Part shown: in pieces, positions 48,672 to 58,964 of the stretch
Position numbering within the stretch: the first letter of the stretch is position 1
Layout of the letters: each line of letters starts with the position of its first letter
DNA from: Minisyncoccota bacterium
GTDB lineage: Bacteria > Patescibacteriota > Minisyncoccia > Phycocordibacterales > CAJBRS01
DNA: 60,641 bases
Direction of reading: 5' to 3'
NCBI GenBank assembly: GCA_035652395.1
Contig: DASRDX010000009.1
Coordinates: 1-60,641, forward strand
Notes under the pieces: generated by a model
Database searches by the model: none
What the model was told of the DNA's origin: nothing
What the model saw: only the letters and a program-made list of their open reading frames with translations
Program-made: the position numbers and the translations under genes

Positions 48672-48710
48672 AAAAAGAAAGACGGCCGCTTCGCGGCCGT
48701 CTTTCTTTTT
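48672..48710. terminator. Terminator with GCTTCGC core
   Basis: aaaaagaaagacggccgc-ttc-gcggccgtctttcttttt (18-bp stem). Confidence 0.9.
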
Positions 48711-48723
48711 GTATAATCAAAAG

Positions 48724-49311
48724 ATGAAAAAGCGAATCATTCTTCCAATTATTTTAATTGTTTTGGGACTTGTCGTTATCGGTTACGTTTTAACCAGAGC
48801 GCTCTTTTACGCCCCTGATTCCGAAATAAATTTGCCTTCAAGTGTTGCCAGCTCTCCCGATGTACCAGCTGAACACCCGAAAGAATTACAAATTCCTTCA
48901 ATTAACGTTGATGCCAAAGTACAAGAAGTGGGTATTACTAAAGCGGGCAACATGGGCGTGCCAAATAACTACACCGACGTGGGCTGGTACAAGTATGGAA
49001 CTTTACCAGGACAAGACGGTAGCGCCGTCATTGCCGGCCATGTTGATAATGGATTGTCCCTTCCCGGTGTTTTTAAAAATCTAAATCAAGTTCAAAAAGG
49101 AGATAGTGTTTACGTCATCTCTCAAGATGGAACCAAACTCCGTTTTGTAGTTACGGACATTTCCGTTTATGGTTATAAAGATGATACCTACGATGTTTTC
49201 AACCGCGCTGGCGCCTCATGGTTACGTCTTATTACTTGCACCGGCGAGTGGTTGCCGGCCGCGAAAACAGACGATCATCGGCTTGTGGTGACTGCTCGGC
49301 TGGCTTCCTGA
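48724..49311 (+). CDS. Class F sortase
   Basis: TM anchor, LQIPSINVDA, VGWY, AVIAGHVD, LRLITCTG, HRLVV (His/Cys/Arg triad). ATG 48724 lies 6 nt after TATAAT. Confidence 0.9.
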   Translation: MKKRIILPIILIVLGLVVIGYVLTRALFYAPDSEINLPSSVASSPDVPAEHPKELQIPSINVDAKVQEVGITKAGNMGVPNNYTDVGWYKYGTLPGQDGSAVIAGHVDNGLSLPGVFKNLNQVQKGDSVYVISQDGTKLRFVVTDISVYGYKDDTYDVFNRAGASWLRLITCTGEWLPAAKTDDHRLVVTARLAS

Positions 49312-49366
49312 TGTCAAGACTTCTGTCAATAGGTTCTTGGCAATTGGCCCATGTTACAATTGAGAA

Positions 49367-50110
49367 ATGCAAAGGTGGCATATTTTTCTAAGCAGTCTTT
49401 TCTTTGTCCTCGGTTTCTCAATTATTTTTTCTCTGGTCGGAGTCTTACTTCAGACCGTTTTGGCACATGCCTCAATTGAAGTAGAGAAGTGGCTCGGCTG
49501 GATTGGCGGAGCAATTATCATTCTCTTCGGACTGTTTCTATTAAAACTTTTTACTCCAGCTTTTTTGGAGCGCACTCACACCATTGCTGTTAAGAAAAGA
49601 TTCGGCTCATATTATCTAACCTCCTTTGTCTTTGGTGCCGCCTTCGCCGTTGGCTGGACCCCTTGCGTTAGCGCTGCTCTTGGAGCGATTTTGGCGCTGG
49701 CCGCCACCAAATCGGCCAGCGCCTTTCTCCTGCTTTTCTCTTACACTCTAGGACTAGGTATTCCATTTTTATTGGTCGGTCTTTTCACCAGCCAGGCCCA
49801 GAATTTAATTGATCGAGCCGGCAAATGGTTTCAGTATTTTCAATATTTTTTTGGAGTGATTTTAATTGTGATTGGCGTCTTTGTTTTTACCGGTGAATTG
49901 AGCACCATTGCCAACCTTTCCGCTCTTTCAAATATTCTTGACTCTCTTCAACTAACCGCCACCTTCGGTGGCGAAATTTCTTCGCTGACCTTCATCAATC
50001 TGGCCGTGGCCTTTCTGGCCGGTCTTGGCTCTTTCTTAAGTCCGTGCATCCTGCCGATTATTCCCGGTTTCCTTTCGTATCTCGCTTCCACAGCAGTTAA
50101 ATCAAATTAA
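49367..50110 (+). CDS. ccdA: CcdA/DsbD-type transmembrane electron transporter, circularly permuted
   Basis: FVLGFS, GWTPC, YTLGLGIPF; the normally N-terminal AFLAGLGSFLSPCILP..GFLSYL helix is at the C-terminus. Confidence 0.88.
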   Translation: MQRWHIFLSSLFFVLGFSIIFSLVGVLLQTVLAHASIEVEKWLGWIGGAIIILFGLFLLKLFTPAFLERTHTIAVKKRFGSYYLTSFVFGAAFAVGWTPCVSAALGAILALAATKSASAFLLLFSYTLGLGIPFLLVGLFTSQAQNLIDRAGKWFQYFQYFFGVILIVIGVFVFTGELSTIANLSALSNILDSLQLTATFGGEISSLTFINLAVAFLAGLGSFLSPCILPIIPGFLSYLASTAVKSN

Positions 50111-51264
50111 TGAAGAAGAAAAATATTTTATTAATCATAGCAGTGGCGCTAATTGTAGTAGCTATTGGGTATCTCGAAGCAAAAAAACCGGCCTCCATTA
50201 ATTCCCCGGCGGAAGACATTGTGGTTTCAGGCAATTTAAATGCTTCGAGTAGTAGCTCGAGCAGCACTGTAGCTGATCGGTCTTCCATTCAGGCGGCCAA
50301 AGCTCGAGAATTCTCCCGGGCCAAGGAATTCGTCGACCCAACTGGATTTATAAATACCAACTCTTTCAAACTCTCGGACTTAGTCGGTCACAAAGTTGTC
50401 CTTCTCGATATTTGGACTTACAGCTGCATTAATTGCCTGCGTACCATTCCGTATCTCAACGCTTGGTATCAGAAATACAAAGATGATGGATTAGTGATTG
50501 TCGGAATTCACTCGCCGGAATTTAATTTTGAGAAGGACTACAATAATGTCTCGGCAGCCGTTAAAAAATTAGGGATTCAATATCCCGTAGTACTCGACAG
50601 CAATCATGGCATCTGGAATGCTTACCAGAATCTTTACTGGCCTCGCGAGTATTTAATCGACATTGATGGATTCATTGTTCATGACAAGATTGGGGAAGGT
50701 GATTATGACGGAACAGAGAGGGCTATTCAGACGGCTCTGAGGGAGCGCAGTGATGCTTTGGGGCTTAATTTAAATATTCCAAGCACCATCGTCTCGCCCG
50801 CAGACGTCATTTCAATGGATGAAAATAAAATTGGCAGCAAGGAAACTTATTTCGGATCGGCGCGCAATGTTTTTCTGGGAAACGGTGAGCAAAATTACAG
50901 CGGCAACCAAAAACTAACTTTGCCTGCCGAGATCAATCCAAACACGCTTTATCTTGATGGAACATGGAACTTCACAAATGAGTATGCGGAAAATACGGAA
51001 GCTGGAGCCAAGATCGTCTATAAATACAGCGCCAAGAATGTTTATCTGGTGGCAAGTTCTAAGAGCGGAGTGAAACTAAAAATTTTAATTGACGGCGCGC
51101 CAATTGACGGGCGCGCCGGCTCCGATGTCGGTGCCGACGGCACCGTTACCGTCAAAGACAATCGTCTCTACGACATTGTTCATGGCGCCGATTACGGCAC
51201 TCATACTCTAGAGATAGATATTGAGAACTCCGGTCTCGATGCTTTTACATTTACCTTCGGTTAG
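50110..51264 (+). CDS. Membrane-anchored thioredoxin-like protein (DipZ C-terminal-like)
   Basis: WTYSCINC (CxxC), GIHSPEF, YWPREYLID, C-terminal beta domain ending AFTFTFG. Confidence 0.9.
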   Translation: MKKKNILLIIAVALIVVAIGYLEAKKPASINSPAEDIVVSGNLNASSSSSSSTVADRSSIQAAKAREFSRAKEFVDPTGFINTNSFKLSDLVGHKVVLLDIWTYSCINCLRTIPYLNAWYQKYKDDGLVIVGIHSPEFNFEKDYNNVSAAVKKLGIQYPVVLDSNHGIWNAYQNLYWPREYLIDIDGFIVHDKIGEGDYDGTERAIQTALRERSDALGLNLNIPSTIVSPADVISMDENKIGSKETYFGSARNVFLGNGEQNYSGNQKLTLPAEINPNTLYLDGTWNFTNEYAENTEAGAKIVYKYSAKNVYLVASSKSGVKLKILIDGAPIDGRAGSDVGADGTVTVKDNRLYDIVHGADYGTHTLEIDIENSGLDAFTFTFG

Positions 51265-51384
51265 CTCCAGAGAGAGTGTATAAAAGTTCGCTTCGAATCG
51301 GCTTGGAAATATGGCGGTAAGGAGTAGAATAGGTTTAACGTCCTAATAGATGACAGGACGCCATTATTAATTTAAATTAAATTT

Positions 51385-51912
51385 ATGAGTAGAAATGCTT
51401 GGATAACGATTATCGTTATCATAGTACTAGTAATCATTGTTTGGGCCGCATATGCAGCTATGCATAATTCAAGTTCAAACACGCAGACTGCTTCCACTAC
51501 CTCTGATCTTACGACGGGAGAAAATGGAGCAAATGGTCAGACTAATTCGGGAACCGCTGGAACGGGCGGCGCGGGTCCAGTAGTAGTTAGCACCACTAAC
51601 TCCACTACGACCGTTATCACCGGAACGAACACTAAAAGTTTTACCATTCACGGGCAGGACTTTTCTTTTAGCCCGAACCAGATCAGTGTTAACAAAGGAG
51701 ATACCGTTAAAATCACCTTCGTTAGCGACAACGGCAGCCATGACTTGGTAGTAGACGGTTATAATGCCCGCACCAACGTTCTAACTACCGGCAAAAGCCA
51801 GACTATCACTTTCTTAGCTGACAAGGCTGGCAGCTTCCAGTTCTACTGCTCAGTCGGCAATCACCGACAGATGGGCATGACGGGTACCTTGGTAGTCAAA
51901 GGATCCAATTAG
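51385..51912 (+). CDS. Membrane-anchored cupredoxin (type-1 copper) protein
   Basis: FSFSPNQI.V.KGDTV, HD, FYCSVGNHRQMGM (His/Cys/His/Met ligands). Confidence 0.88.
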   Translation: MSRNAWITIIVIIVLVIIVWAAYAAMHNSSSNTQTASTTSDLTTGENGANGQTNSGTAGTGGAGPVVVSTTNSTTTVITGTNTKSFTIHGQDFSFSPNQISVNKGDTVKITFVSDNGSHDLVVDGYNARTNVLTTGKSQTITFLADKAGSFQFYCSVGNHRQMGMTGTLVVKGSN

Positions 51913-51924
51913 TTGAAAGACTTC

Positions 51925-51965
51925 AGCCAAGCCCTTTGGACTAAAACAAAGGGCTTGGCTTTTAT
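51925..51965 (+). terminator. Intrinsic terminator
   Basis: agccaagccctttg-8 nt-caaagggcttggct followed by tttat. Confidence 0.85.
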
Positions 51966-51978
51966 TTAACTCTTCCCT

Positions 51979-53484
51979 ATGAAATTCATAGACAATTTTC
52001 TGGACAATATCACCATGTATGGCCTCCTGCTCTACGGCCTTTTAATTCTGGCGGTGATTTCCATTGTCTTAAGTCTTTTTGGTCTTGTGGTCTTTAGTCC
52101 GCTCTCTCTAATCGGTGCCCTGCTTACCTTGATTCTGGTCGCTGGTCTGGTTAATTATCTTCTCGGCTGGGTTTTTAAAGTGCCTCTGAATCAAGAATCC
52201 TCCCATATCAGCGCTCTGATTCTTTTCTTTGCTCTGACTCCGCTACTGGATCTCCACAGCTTCTATCTTTTAGTTTTGGCGGCGACGCTCGCCATGGTTT
52301 CCAAATATCTTCTCAACACGGGCGGTCGGCATCTCTTCAACCCAGCCGCTATTAGTCTAGTCATTTTAGACATTAGCGGTCTGGGCGGTACCGCCTGGTG
52401 GATTTCAGTGCCAGTGCTGGTGATTCCGGTAATTATTCTAGGTTTCTTAGTAGTCAAGAAAATCCGGAAGTTTCATCTTTTCAACGCTTTTGCCCTAACT
52501 AGTTTGATTGTTTTTCTCATAACCCGCTGGTCAGGAGGTAGTCTACTTTCCAATTTAGAGCAAGCCATTCTTTACAGTCCCTTGATTTTCTTCGGATCGA
52601 TAATGGTAACCGAACCTTTGACCATGCCGCCTACAAAGATTAGCCGAATCATTTACGGAATTATTATCGGTCTACTTTTTTCTTTATCGTATCGACTGGG
52701 ACCGATTTATTCCACGCCGGAATTAGCCCTGATTATCGGCAACGTTTTTTCCTATTTTGTCAGTTTTAAGTCGCGGGTTCGTCTGGCATTTGTAGAGAGC
52801 CAAACTATCTCCAGTCATACCTTTAATATCACTCTGGAGCCGGAAAGGCCCTTTCAGTACAAAGCCGGTCAGTATATGGAATGGACACTACCTGACGTGT
52901 CCTTCAATAAAAAAGGCAATCGCCGCTACTTCACCATCGCTTCTTCGCCAACCGAGTCTAAAATTCATCTCGGTATCAGTTATGATCCGGCTTGGCCAAG
53001 CCGGTTCAAGGAGAAATTACTAAAGCTCGGAAAAGGGGACAGCCTGTTCGCTCACGGGGTGGCGGGTGATTTCGTTCTGCCGGATAATTCGGATCAGAAA
53101 ATGGTTTTCATTGCCGGCGGCATCGGAATAACGCCATTTAGAAGCATGATTAAATATCTTTCCGACAAAGGCGAAAAACGGCCGATCACCCTTTTTTATT
53201 CGGTTCACACGAGCTCGGAGTTGGCTTATGAGGATGTCTTCGGCCCGGCCGAGCAAGCGGTCGGTCTGAAAAGAATAAATGTAATCACTGACAAAACGAA
53301 TAATTCCGGCGAGCCATCGCGAATCACTCCGGATCTGATTAGAAAAGAAGTGCCGGATTATCGGGAGAGACTTTTTTATCTCTCCGGTCCGCCGAAGATG
53401 GTAGAAGCTTTCAAGAAAATCTTGACCGAGATGGGAGTTTCAAGATCACAAATTAAGACGGACTTCTTCATCGGTTACGCTTAA
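51979..53484 (+). CDS. RnfD/NqrB-like membrane domain fused to a ferredoxin-NADP reductase-like FAD/NAD-binding domain
   Basis: HLFNPAA, MVTEPLTMP; YKAGQY, RYFTIASSP, IAGGIGITPFRS, YLSGPPKM. Confidence 0.8.
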   Translation: MKFIDNFLDNITMYGLLLYGLLILAVISIVLSLFGLVVFSPLSLIGALLTLILVAGLVNYLLGWVFKVPLNQESSHISALILFFALTPLLDLHSFYLLVLAATLAMVSKYLLNTGGRHLFNPAAISLVILDISGLGGTAWWISVPVLVIPVIILGFLVVKKIRKFHLFNAFALTSLIVFLITRWSGGSLLSNLEQAILYSPLIFFGSIMVTEPLTMPPTKISRIIYGIIIGLLFSLSYRLGPIYSTPELALIIGNVFSYFVSFKSRVRLAFVESQTISSHTFNITLEPERPFQYKAGQYMEWTLPDVSFNKKGNRRYFTIASSPTESKIHLGISYDPAWPSRFKEKLLKLGKGDSLFAHGVAGDFVLPDNSDQKMVFIAGGIGITPFRSMIKYLSDKGEKRPITLFYSVHTSSELAYEDVFGPAEQAVGLKRINVITDKTNNSGEPSRITPDLIRKEVPDYRERLFYLSGPPKMVEAFKKILTEMGVSRSQIKTDFFIGYA

Positions 53485-53528
53485 CTTGCCATTATTAATT
53501 TTCCGCTGTAAGGTTAATAAACATTTTC

Positions 53529-55223
53529 ATGAAAATCTGGACATATATTAAAGCTCACAAGATTATTACTGCCATTGTAGTCGTAGTTGTTTTGGTTGGC
53601 GGCTATATTGCTTACAAAAAAATTGCGGCCGCCAATGCGCCGACCCAATATATTATGGGCGCTGTTACCACTGACACCTTGGTCGCTTCAGTAGAGGGGA
53701 CTGGACAGGTTTCGGCTAAAAATCAGCTCGATATCGTCCCTCAAGGCTCTGGCCAAATTGTCAGTATTCCGGCCAAACAAGGGGCGATTTTAAAGGTAGG
53801 ACAGACCATTGCCGTTATTGATGAAAGGAGTGCCAATGTCTCTTTAGCTCAAGCCAAGGCCAGTCTGGATAGTGCTCAAGCTAATTACAATAAAGTTATA
53901 AACGGCGCTACTACGGCCACGGTTAATCAGAGCCAGGTGGGGGTTCAGACTGCCCAAACCAACCTCCAAAACAGTATTCAAAGCGCTTACACCCAGACTG
54001 ATAATTTAATTAGGACTGATCTGGATAAATTTTTTAACGCCGCCACTTCTTATTCGCCGCAATTCCAAGTTTCTTTTTACGATAGTTCCAGCGGATCCAC
54101 TATTGTTCTAAAACCCAATGATCAAAATCAAATTCTGACTCTAAATGCCGAGCGAGTGGATATCGGCAAGACCTTAATTAACTGGAGAGCCGATATCAGC
54201 GCCACTTCCTCTTTTGATGTTGACGCTCAAGCCGCTCACACCATTCAGTATTTAAATCAAATTCAGAAATTCATTAATGATATCGCCGATGCCGTAAATT
54301 CCATTTCTCTTTCCCAGACTAAATATCAAAGTAACATTGATACCTTTAAAACCGATGTCGCTTCCGCCCGCTCGACTGTGACCAATTTAATTTCCAATAT
54401 TCAAAGCAATCAGCAGGCACTCTCAAGCGCCAGAGCCAGTCTATCTGTCACCACCGCCCCGGCCCGCGCCGAAGATGTAGCTAGTGCCAGAGCCAGTTTG
54501 GAGAGCGCCCAAGCTTCCTATCAGGCGGCTTTGAACACTTACAACAACAACATCATTAAGGCTCCTTTTGAAGGCACTTTAGCCGTTCTCAATATCAAGG
54601 TAGGAGATGTGGTAGGTGGTTCAACCGTGGTGGGCACTCTGACCACTTCTCAGAAGCTCGCCGAGATTACCTTAAATGAAGTGGATGTGGCCAAAATCGC
54701 CTTGGGTGAAAAAGTCACCTTAACTTTTGACGCCCTCCCCGATCTTACTATCGAGGGCACGGTAGCCGAGATTGATACGGTTGGAGCTGTGACGCAGGGA
54801 GTGGTGGATTACACCGTTAAGATTGGCTTTGATACGCAGGACACTAGAGTGCTGCCAGGCATGAGCGTTTCCGCTTCCATTGTTACTTTAACCAAACCGA
54901 ATGTTCTATTAGTGCCGACAGCTGCGGTGAAAACCAGTCCTTCTGGTAAAAGTTATGTTCAGAAAATTCCAGGCATCACTACAGCAGGACCTATCTCAAC
55001 TAAAACTAAACCGGTCAATGTTCCGGTAGAGATTGGGGAATCAAACAACACCCAAACTGAAATCGTTTCCGGTCTGAATGCCGGAGATGTGATCGTTGTC
55101 CGTACACTCACAAGTGGTAGCAGTGTCACAGCTGGAAGTGCCAATTCAGCCAGTGCCGGTAACCGAACCTTCTTTGGCGGAGGGGCTGCCGCTGGAGGCG
55201 GCAGCCGAACTATCAGTCGGTAG
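53529..55223 (+). CDS. Efflux periplasmic adaptor (MacA/HlyD family) with long helical insertion
   Basis: TM, biotinyl-lipoyl segment, IKAPFEG, VLPGMSV, VLLVPTAAV, EIVSGL..GD. Confidence 0.85.
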   Translation: MKIWTYIKAHKIITAIVVVVVLVGGYIAYKKIAAANAPTQYIMGAVTTDTLVASVEGTGQVSAKNQLDIVPQGSGQIVSIPAKQGAILKVGQTIAVIDERSANVSLAQAKASLDSAQANYNKVINGATTATVNQSQVGVQTAQTNLQNSIQSAYTQTDNLIRTDLDKFFNAATSYSPQFQVSFYDSSSGSTIVLKPNDQNQILTLNAERVDIGKTLINWRADISATSSFDVDAQAAHTIQYLNQIQKFINDIADAVNSISLSQTKYQSNIDTFKTDVASARSTVTNLISNIQSNQQALSSARASLSVTTAPARAEDVASARASLESAQASYQAALNTYNNNIIKAPFEGTLAVLNIKVGDVVGGSTVVGTLTTSQKLAEITLNEVDVAKIALGEKVTLTFDALPDLTIEGTVAEIDTVGAVTQGVVDYTVKIGFDTQDTRVLPGMSVSASIVTLTKPNVLLVPTAAVKTSPSGKSYVQKIPGITTAGPISTKTKPVNVPVEIGESNNTQTEIVSGLNAGDVIVVRTLTSGSSVTAGSANSASAGNRTFFGGGAAAGGGSRTISR

Positions 55224-55272
55224 ACGAAGCCTACCAACAAGTCGTTCTCGCGGTCTTAATTAGCACAATCTA

Positions 55273-55986
55273 ATGATTGAATGCCAGCACATCACTAAAA
55301 TCTATAAAAATGGGGACAATGAAACCTTTGCTTTAAAAGATGTCAGTTTGAAAATTGAAGATGGCGAATTCGTAGCTATCATGGGTCCTTCCGGTTCCGG
55401 CAAATCAACTCTGATGCACATTTTAGGGGCTCTCGATACTCCCACTTCCGGCACTTATATTTTAGACGGGGAAGATGTTTCCAAACTTTCCGACGATGAA
55501 CTTGCCGCCATTCGGGCCAAGAAAATTGGCTTCGTCTTCCAAGCTTTTAATTTATTATCGCGCACTACTGCTATCAGAAATGTGATGCTGCCACTGGTTT
55601 ACTCGGGCGTAAAAACGACCGAGAGAGAAGAATTAAGTGCGGCAGCCCTGCGGGCCGCCGGCCTCTCCGAAGATCGCTGGCATCACCGATCCAACCAGCT
55701 CTCCGGCGGACAAATTCAGCGAGTGGCCATTGCCCGAGCCTTAGTCAATGATCCTTCGGTTATTATGGCGGATGAGCCAACCGGCAATCTCGATTCCAAG
55801 ACGGGTGAAATCGTTCTCGGAACTTTTGAGAGATTAAATAAAAATCACGGTCGAACCATCGTTCTGATCACCCATGAAGTGGAAGTGGCCGAACATGCTG
55901 ATCGTATTATTCATTTAAGAGACGGAGAGATTGTCAGTGACAGTAAAAGTCATCAAAAAAGATTGGCTGACGCTAATAAAGTATGA
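55273..55986 (+). CDS. ABC transporter ATP-binding protein (MacB/LolD-like)
   Basis: [33 protein letters not shown]. Confidence 0.92.
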   Translation: MIECQHITKIYKNGDNETFALKDVSLKIEDGEFVAIMGPSGSGKSTLMHILGALDTPTSGTYILDGEDVSKLSDDELAAIRAKKIGFVFQAFNLLSRTTAIRNVMLPLVYSGVKTTEREELSAAALRAAGLSEDRWHHRSNQLSGGQIQRVAIARALVNDPSVIMADEPTGNLDSKTGEIVLGTFERLNKNHGRTIVLITHEVEVAEHADRIIHLRDGEIVSDSKSHQKRLADANKV

Positions 55987-57194
55987 ACGTAAAAGATTTA
56001 TTTCAAGAAACCCGAAGCTCTCTGCTTAGTAACAAGGTCAGATCTTCCCTGACTGTGCTGGGTATTGTTATAGGTATTGCCTCCGTTATTGCCATGTTAG
56101 CTATTGGCAACGGCGCTAAAGCTCAGATTCAGTCGAGCATTGAAGGGCTGGGTTCAAATCTTCTGACTATCCTCCCTGGAGTAGTTCAACCCGGCCGAGG
56201 TATAGTCTCAAGCGGCCGAGGAGCGGCCCAGAACCTGAAAATTACTGACTTGCCCGTTATCGAGTCAATTCAGGGAATTGGAGCTATCTCACCTGAAGAT
56301 TCTAAAAGATTTCAGATCGTCTCCTCACTGGGGAACAATACTAACACCACAGTTACAGGTGGTTTGCCTGTTTATTTTGATATTCATAATTTAACTCTGG
56401 GTGAAGGAAATTTTTTCAATGATGAGAGCGAAAGAAGCCTGCGACGGCAAGCCGTCTTAGGAGCTACCGTTGCTACCGATCTTTTTGGAGACACTGACCC
56501 AGTCGGCAAAGAAATTAAAATCAACAATTCACTCTTTACTGTCGTCGGCGTTCTGACTAAAAAGGGCGGAGTCGGTTTTTCCGGACCGGACGATATGGTA
56601 GTGGTTCCGTTAAGTGTCATGCAGAGAATCTTAACCGGTGATGATTTTTACTCCACCATTACGGTGAGCGTCACTGATAAAAACGATACTAATTTAATCA
56701 AGGACGAAATCACGGCGGCTTTGGTGGACAAGCACGATGTTACCGAAGCAGATTTCTCCATTATTTCTCAAGAAGATATTTTAGGGACACTTTCTCAAGT
56801 TATTAATACTTTCACTTTATTTCTGGCTTCCATTGCCGGCATCTCTCTGATTGTCGGCGGTATCGGGATTATGAATATGATGTTGACAACGGTAACCGAA
56901 AGAACTAAAGAGATCGGTCTGCGCAAAGCTATTGGAGCCAAGAAAAATGATATCAGTCAGCAATTTTTGGCCGAAGCTATTGTTTTGACTTTTATCGGAG
57001 GTTTAATCGGCACTATTTTAGGCTGGTTGATTGCTGTGGGTGCTTCGGCCACCGGCTTGGTTCAAGCCCGAGTTAGTCTTAGTTCAGTTATCCTGGCCTT
57101 CGGCGTCTCCGCTGCTATCGGGACTATCTTCGGCTATTATCCGGCCAAACGGGCGGCTGATATGAATCCGATTGAAGCTCTGCGGTATGAGTAA
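55983..57194 (+). CDS. ABC transporter permease (MacB family)
   Basis: RSSLTVLGIVIG, GGIGIMNMM..VTERTKEIGLRKAIGA, PIEALRYE. Confidence 0.92.
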   Translation: MNVKDLFQETRSSLLSNKVRSSLTVLGIVIGIASVIAMLAIGNGAKAQIQSSIEGLGSNLLTILPGVVQPGRGIVSSGRGAAQNLKITDLPVIESIQGIGAISPEDSKRFQIVSSLGNNTNTTVTGGLPVYFDIHNLTLGEGNFFNDESERSLRRQAVLGATVATDLFGDTDPVGKEIKINNSLFTVVGVLTKKGGVGFSGPDDMVVVPLSVMQRILTGDDFYSTITVSVTDKNDTNLIKDEITAALVDKHDVTEADFSIISQEDILGTLSQVINTFTLFLASIAGISLIVGGIGIMNMMLTTVTERTKEIGLRKAIGAKKNDISQQFLAEAIVLTFIGGLIGTILGWLIAVGASATGLVQARVSLSSVILAFGVSAAIGTIFGYYPAKRAADMNPIEALRYE

Positions 57195-57264
57195 CGAGGG
57201 CCGCAGCCGCTGACTACGGCCTCTTCAGGTTGTCTTCTACATTTTGTAACTGCTAGAATACGAT

Positions 57265-57789
57265 ATGGCAAAGATTACTCTATTTGGTTTGGCCGGCACC
57301 GGCACTAGTTCCGTCGGACGAGCCTTAGCCCGGAAATTAAAATATCAATTCTATTCAACCGGAAATTTTATGCGCGATCAGGCAGACCAACTTGGCCTGA
57401 CCATCTATGAATTTGATGAAATGTGCCGCAAAGACCCAAACTATGATTTAAATCGCGACAAGATGATTGAGGAATTTGGCAAGAAAAATGACAATTTTAT
57501 TTTAGATGCGCGTCTCGGCTGGAGATTTGTGCCGGACTCATTAAAGGTGAAGCTTGAATGCGACTTTGAGGAAAGAGTCAAAAGAGTGGCTTTTCGAGAC
57601 AAAATGGATGTAGAAGAAGTTAAGGCCTTAACTATCAAAAGGGAAGAATCAATCGGCGATCGTTTCTGGCGCTATTATCAGATTAAGGATTCCGGAGACA
57701 GTTCTCATTTTGATTTGATTATCGACACGACCAAGATTAGCGCGACCGAAACAATGGATCAAATCTGCCAGCATTTTAATCTCTCTTAA
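57265..57789 (+). CDS. cmk: Cytidylate kinase (short, archaeal-type)
   Basis: GLAGTGTSSVG P-loop variant, STGNFMR, LDARLG, RFWRYY, DLIIDT. Confidence 0.75.
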   Translation: MAKITLFGLAGTGTSSVGRALARKLKYQFYSTGNFMRDQADQLGLTIYEFDEMCRKDPNYDLNRDKMIEEFGKKNDNFILDARLGWRFVPDSLKVKLECDFEERVKRVAFRDKMDVEEVKALTIKREESIGDRFWRYYQIKDSGDSSHFDLIIDTTKISATETMDQICQHFNLS

Positions 57790-57798
57790 ATAGACGGC

Positions 57799-58869
57799 AT
57801 GCGCATTATCGCTCACATTGATATGGACGCTTTTTTTGCCGCCATTGAAGAGCGTGACAGACCATATCTTCAAGGGCTGCCGTTAGTTATCGGTGCCGAT
57901 CCGGAAGGCGGAAAGGGAAGAGGAGTGGTTTCCACGGCCAATTATCTCGCCAGAGAGTACGGCATTCAATCAGCCTTGTCCATTCAAAAGGCCTGGCATT
58001 TTTCCGAAACAGCCAAAAAAGCGGGAAAACCAGGAGCCATTTTTCTCTCGGGAAATTATCATTATTACAGCCAGATCTCTTCAACGATTATGAATATCTT
58101 GGCCAAATACGGCCCAATAGAAGTGGCCAGCGTAGATGAAGCATATCTAGATTTAAGCTCCTTAAACTCATACAAAGCAGCCGAGAAAACAGCAAAGGAG
58201 ATTAAAAGGGAAATTAAAAAGCTGGAGAATCTCACAACTTCTATTGGTTTAGGGCCGAACAAGATGATAGCCAAAATCGCTTCAGGTTTTAAGAAGCCGG
58301 ACGGGCTAACTGTCATCTCGGAAGAGAAAGTTTCCTCCTTTCTTTCTCCACTCTCTATCAGAACCATTCCCGGTATCGGTCCGAAAACGGAAATAATTTT
58401 AAATAAATTAAGAATTCAGACTATCGGTGATCTTCAACGACTAGGAAAAACTGAATTAAAGGATCTTTTGGGGAAATGGGGAGAGGAATTATTTTCCAAA
58501 GTCAGGGGCATTGATGAATCGCCGGTATTAGAAGAATATCCGACTAAATCGATTGGCGAACAGATCACTTTCGATAAAGACATAAAAGATTATCGGAAAC
58601 TTTTTCCTATTTTGGAAGAAATGGTCTCACGAATTTGGAAATCTTTTTTAAAAGAGGGATTTAAAGAAGCAGCGCGAGTGGTAATTATCGTTCGATACGC
58701 TGACTTTGAAACTAAAACCCATTCTCGAACTTTGAAAACGCCGCTTCAATCATCTAAAGCTTTTTACCTTCAGGCTCTTTCGCTTTTGATGCCATTCTTA
58801 GATAAGCGGCGGAACACAGAAGCTAAAAGATTCAGGTTAATCGGTCTGCGTCTGGAAAGGTTATCCTAG
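57799..58869 (+). CDS. dinB: DNA polymerase IV (Y family)
   Basis: HIDMDAFFAAIE, STANYLAR.YGI.S, SVDEAYLD, AKIAS.FKKPDG, IPGIG. Confidence 0.95.
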   Translation: MRIIAHIDMDAFFAAIEERDRPYLQGLPLVIGADPEGGKGRGVVSTANYLAREYGIQSALSIQKAWHFSETAKKAGKPGAIFLSGNYHYYSQISSTIMNILAKYGPIEVASVDEAYLDLSSLNSYKAAEKTAKEIKREIKKLENLTTSIGLGPNKMIAKIASGFKKPDGLTVISEEKVSSFLSPLSIRTIPGIGPKTEIILNKLRIQTIGDLQRLGKTELKDLLGKWGEELFSKVRGIDESPVLEEYPTKSIGEQITFDKDIKDYRKLFPILEEMVSRIWKSFLKEGFKEAARVVIIVRYADFETKTHSRTLKTPLQSSKAFYLQALSLLMPFLDKRRNTEAKRFRLIGLRLERLS

Positions 58870-58964
58870 AAAATTAATATCCCCATACCTCCTTCAAAAT
58901 ATGGCTATTTTGTGGTATATTTAATTAGTTAAGAACGAAAGGTCGATCTATTAAAAGGCTTAAG

